From assembly GCF_009914755.1 (NCBI RefSeq), contig NC_060925.1: a stretch of 64,000 bases of DNA, one strand, 5' to 3'. The stretch is from the human T2T-CHM13v2.0 reference genome, Homo sapiens. Positions 61,369 through 64,000 of this stretch are shown here, in pieces (position 1 is the stretch's first letter; each line of letters starts with the position of its first letter). The notes below the pieces were generated by a model. The model had not been told where the DNA came from. It was given only the letters and a program-made list of their open reading frames with translations, and made no database searches. Position numbers and translations under genes: made by a program.

Positions 61369-63193
61369 TTTTTGTTTTGTTTTGTTTTTTGAAGATAATC
61401 TTTTTATTTTTTTTATTTTTTATTTTTTTATTTTTTTGTAAATGGAGAAGAATGGAAAGAGGGAGGGAGAGAAGAACGAAGGAAGGAAGGAAGGGAAAGG
61501 AGGAGAGAAGGTAATTGAGAGGGTTTTTAATTGTCATGTCTTTTTATTTATTTTATTTATTTATTTATTTATTTTCATTATAGAGATACATCCTTTTATT
61601 TCTTATTTTAATCAAGCCCCTGTTAAGGATATGTTCATTCTTTCTTTTTTTTCTTTAATTTTTTTAGTATTTATTGATCATTCTTGGGTGTTTCTCGGAG
61701 AGGGGGATTTGGCAGGGTCATAGGACAATAGTGGAGGGAAGGTCAGCAGATAAACATGTGAACAAAGGTCTCTGGTTTTCCTAGGCAGAGGGCCCTGCCG
61801 CCTTCCACAGTGTTTGTGTCCCTGGGTACTTGAGATTAGGGAGTGGTGATGACTCTTAAGGAGCATGCTGCCTCCAAGCATCTGTTTAATAAAGCACATC
61901 TTGCACCTCCCTTAATCCATTTAACCCTTAGTGGACACAGCACATGTTTCAGAGAGCATGGGGTTGGGGGTAAGGTCACAGATCAACAGGATCCCAAGGC
62001 AGAAGAATTTTTCTTAGTACAGAACAAAATGGAGTCTCCTATGTCTACTTCTTTCTACACAGACACAGTGACAATCTGATCTCTCTTTCTTTTCCCCACA
62101 TTTCCCCCTTTTCTATTCGACAAAACCGCCATCGTCATCATGGCCCTTTCTCAATGAGTTATTGGGTACACCTCCCAGATGGGGTGGCGGTGGGGCAGAG
62201 GGGCTCCTCACTTCCCAGACGGGGCGGCCAGGCAGAGGTGCCCCCCACCTCCCAGACGCCACAGCTGGCCGGGCGGGGGCTGCCCCCCACCTCCCGGACG
62301 GGGCGGCTGGCAGGGCGGAGACACTCCTCACTTCCCAGACGGGGCAGCTGCCAGGTGGAGGGGCTCCTCACTTCTCAGACGGGGTGGCTGCCGGGCGGAG
62401 GGGCTCCTCACTTCTCAGATGGGGCGGCCGGTCAGAGACGCTCCTCACCTCCCAGACGGGGTGGCTGCAGGGCAGAGACACTCCTCAGTTCCCAGATGGG
62501 GTTGTGTCCAGGCAGAGGCACTCTTCACATCTCAGACGGGGTGGCAGGGCAGAGGCGCTCCCCACGTCCCAGATGATGGGCGGCCGGGCAGAGACGCTCC
62601 TCACTTCCTAGAGGGGATGACAGCCGGGAAGAGGCGCTCCTCACTTCCCAGAGTGGGCGGCCGGGCAGAGGGGCTCCTCACATCCCAGACGATGGGTGGC
62701 CAGGCAGAGACGCTCCTGACTTCCTAGACGGGGTGGCGGCCGGGCAGAGGCTGCAATCTCGGCACTTTGAGAGGCCAAGGCAGGCGGCTGGGAGGTGGAG
62801 GTTGTAGCGAGCCGAGATCACGCCACTGCACTCCAGCCTGGGCAACATTGAGCACTGAGTGAGCAAGACTCCATTTGCAATCCCGGCAACTCGGGAGGCT
62901 GAGGCTGGCAGATCACTCGCGGTCAGGAGCTGGAGACCAGCCCGGCCAACACGGCTAAACCCCGTCTCCACCAAAAAATACGAAAACCAGTCAGGCGTGG
63001 CGGTGCGCACCTGCAATCCCAGGCACTCGGCAGGCTGAGGCAGGAGAATCAGGCAGGGAGGTTGCAGTGAGTCGAGATGGCGGCAGTAGTCCAGCCTCAG
63101 CTCAGCATCAGAGGGAGACTGTACAAAGAGGGAGAGGGAGAGGGAGAGGGAGAGGGAGAGGGAGAGGGAGAGGGAGAGGGAGAGGGAGAGGCA
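61369..63193 (-). mobile_element. Full-length SVA (older A/B-like) plus ~270 bp of 3'-transduced DNA
   Basis: (CCCTCT)n hexamer 63127-63191, Alu-like ~62750-63115, VNTR ~62170-62750, SINE-R ~61665-62165; TSD AAAGAGAATTTCTT at 61355-61368 and 63194-63207. Confidence 0.92.
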
Positions 63194-63956
63194 AAAGAGA
63201 ATTTCTTGAGCTTCCCTTAGTGGTATAGGCATATAGGTCATGATTGGCCACCACCAGAGTACAGGCACAAAACCTGGTTGCTTCTCTCACATGAAACAAA
63301 AGGCATCTGCCACTGATGTTGGAGGAAGGAACCCTTCTTACCCTTGGTCCCAGGTATAGGTCACCTGCTGAGTAGAGTTTGACACAAAAGCTACCTATAC
63401 TAGACAAGGAGAGGAGAGTTGCTCTTTCCCAAGACTTCCCATCATTGAAAGGTAGAGTTCCACCACCCCAAAGGGATGTCACAGGAACACTAGGACTCAG
63501 GCACCCATGGCCTGAGGTTTGGTACACATTCAATGCAATCAGTAACTTCAGTTGGTTTTGACCAATCATTTGAATTGGTTGCAGATCCTTTCCTTTAATG
63601 AAGAAAAGCTCTGATATGGGTACAAAGTTTCCATGTTCGGGACAGATTGGCCTTGTCCTTTAGGAAATTATATGAATTGGGATTTCTCTCAACCTAGTTG
63701 TTTTTACCATTATTAAAATTAAGCGACATTCACTTGGATTAAGTGGTGATGAAAAAAATGATGTGAGACTTTCTAGTGATTTTTGAACCCAAGCCTTGTA
63801 TCACTGTTAGGCCTTCATGTGTGTACTTGAAAACAAAACATGTACAAATATTGCACTGGTTTGAAGATTTTAGTGGTGAAAGTGACCTAATCAGTAATCA
63901 GTAGAAACCAATCTTGGAAATATGTGGTTATGCTCTTTTAAAATAGCTGAAAAGAG

Positions 63957-64000
63957 GGCCCGGTGTGGTGGCTCATGCCTGTAATCCCAGCATTTTGGGC
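63957..64000 (+). mobile_element. Alu 5' end (cut by window edge)
   Basis: ggcccggtgtggtggctcatgcctgtaatcccagca. Confidence 0.85.

Noticed and set aside
62154-63268. Repetitive ORFs and CRISPR-like periodicity
   Set aside because: SVA VNTR and hexamer repeats; no unique spacers, and the context is eukaryotic.
63208-63955. Possible ERV internal sequence flanking the SVA (also 60750-61350)
   Set aside because: Only a general resemblance; no family or ORF could be supported by eye.

Overview
Hominid (very likely human 1q21-type segmental-duplication) genomic DNA, about half of it transposon-derived. No intact protein-coding gene is supported. 160-25572 (+) is an unprocessed NBPF (Olduvai/DUF1220) pseudogene with 16 recognisable exons: an N-terminal coiled-coil, five Olduvai exon doublets, NBPF4/6-type C-terminal exons and a 3'UTR, with many stops, frameshifts and broken splice sites. 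A truncated LTR13 ends it. A repeat-dense block follows, then a small-RNA gene neighbourhood: a D-arm-deleted tRNA-Asn relic, a variant U1 snRNA with intact DSE/PSE promoter (39683-39823), an SSB/La processed pseudogene 1 kb downstream, a ~4 kb CpG island with a degenerate tRNA-Glu, a perfect tRNA-His-GTG and a further tRNA-like B-box relic. The right end holds a full-length, disabled L1PA3/4 and an SVA with 3'-transduced DNA. From memory the gene order fits the human NBPF13P / RNVU1-8 / SSB-like pseudogene / tRNA-His locus, read on the reverse strand; this needs BLAT confirmation. Main observations: the NBPF copy seems to keep the pre-deletion ancestral structure behind the canonical NBPF C-terminus and 3'UTR; the U1 variant has altered 5'-splice-site pairing and no U1A site; the SVA shows serial 3' transduction; and a 24-bp templated insertion sits inside an MLT1 LTR.
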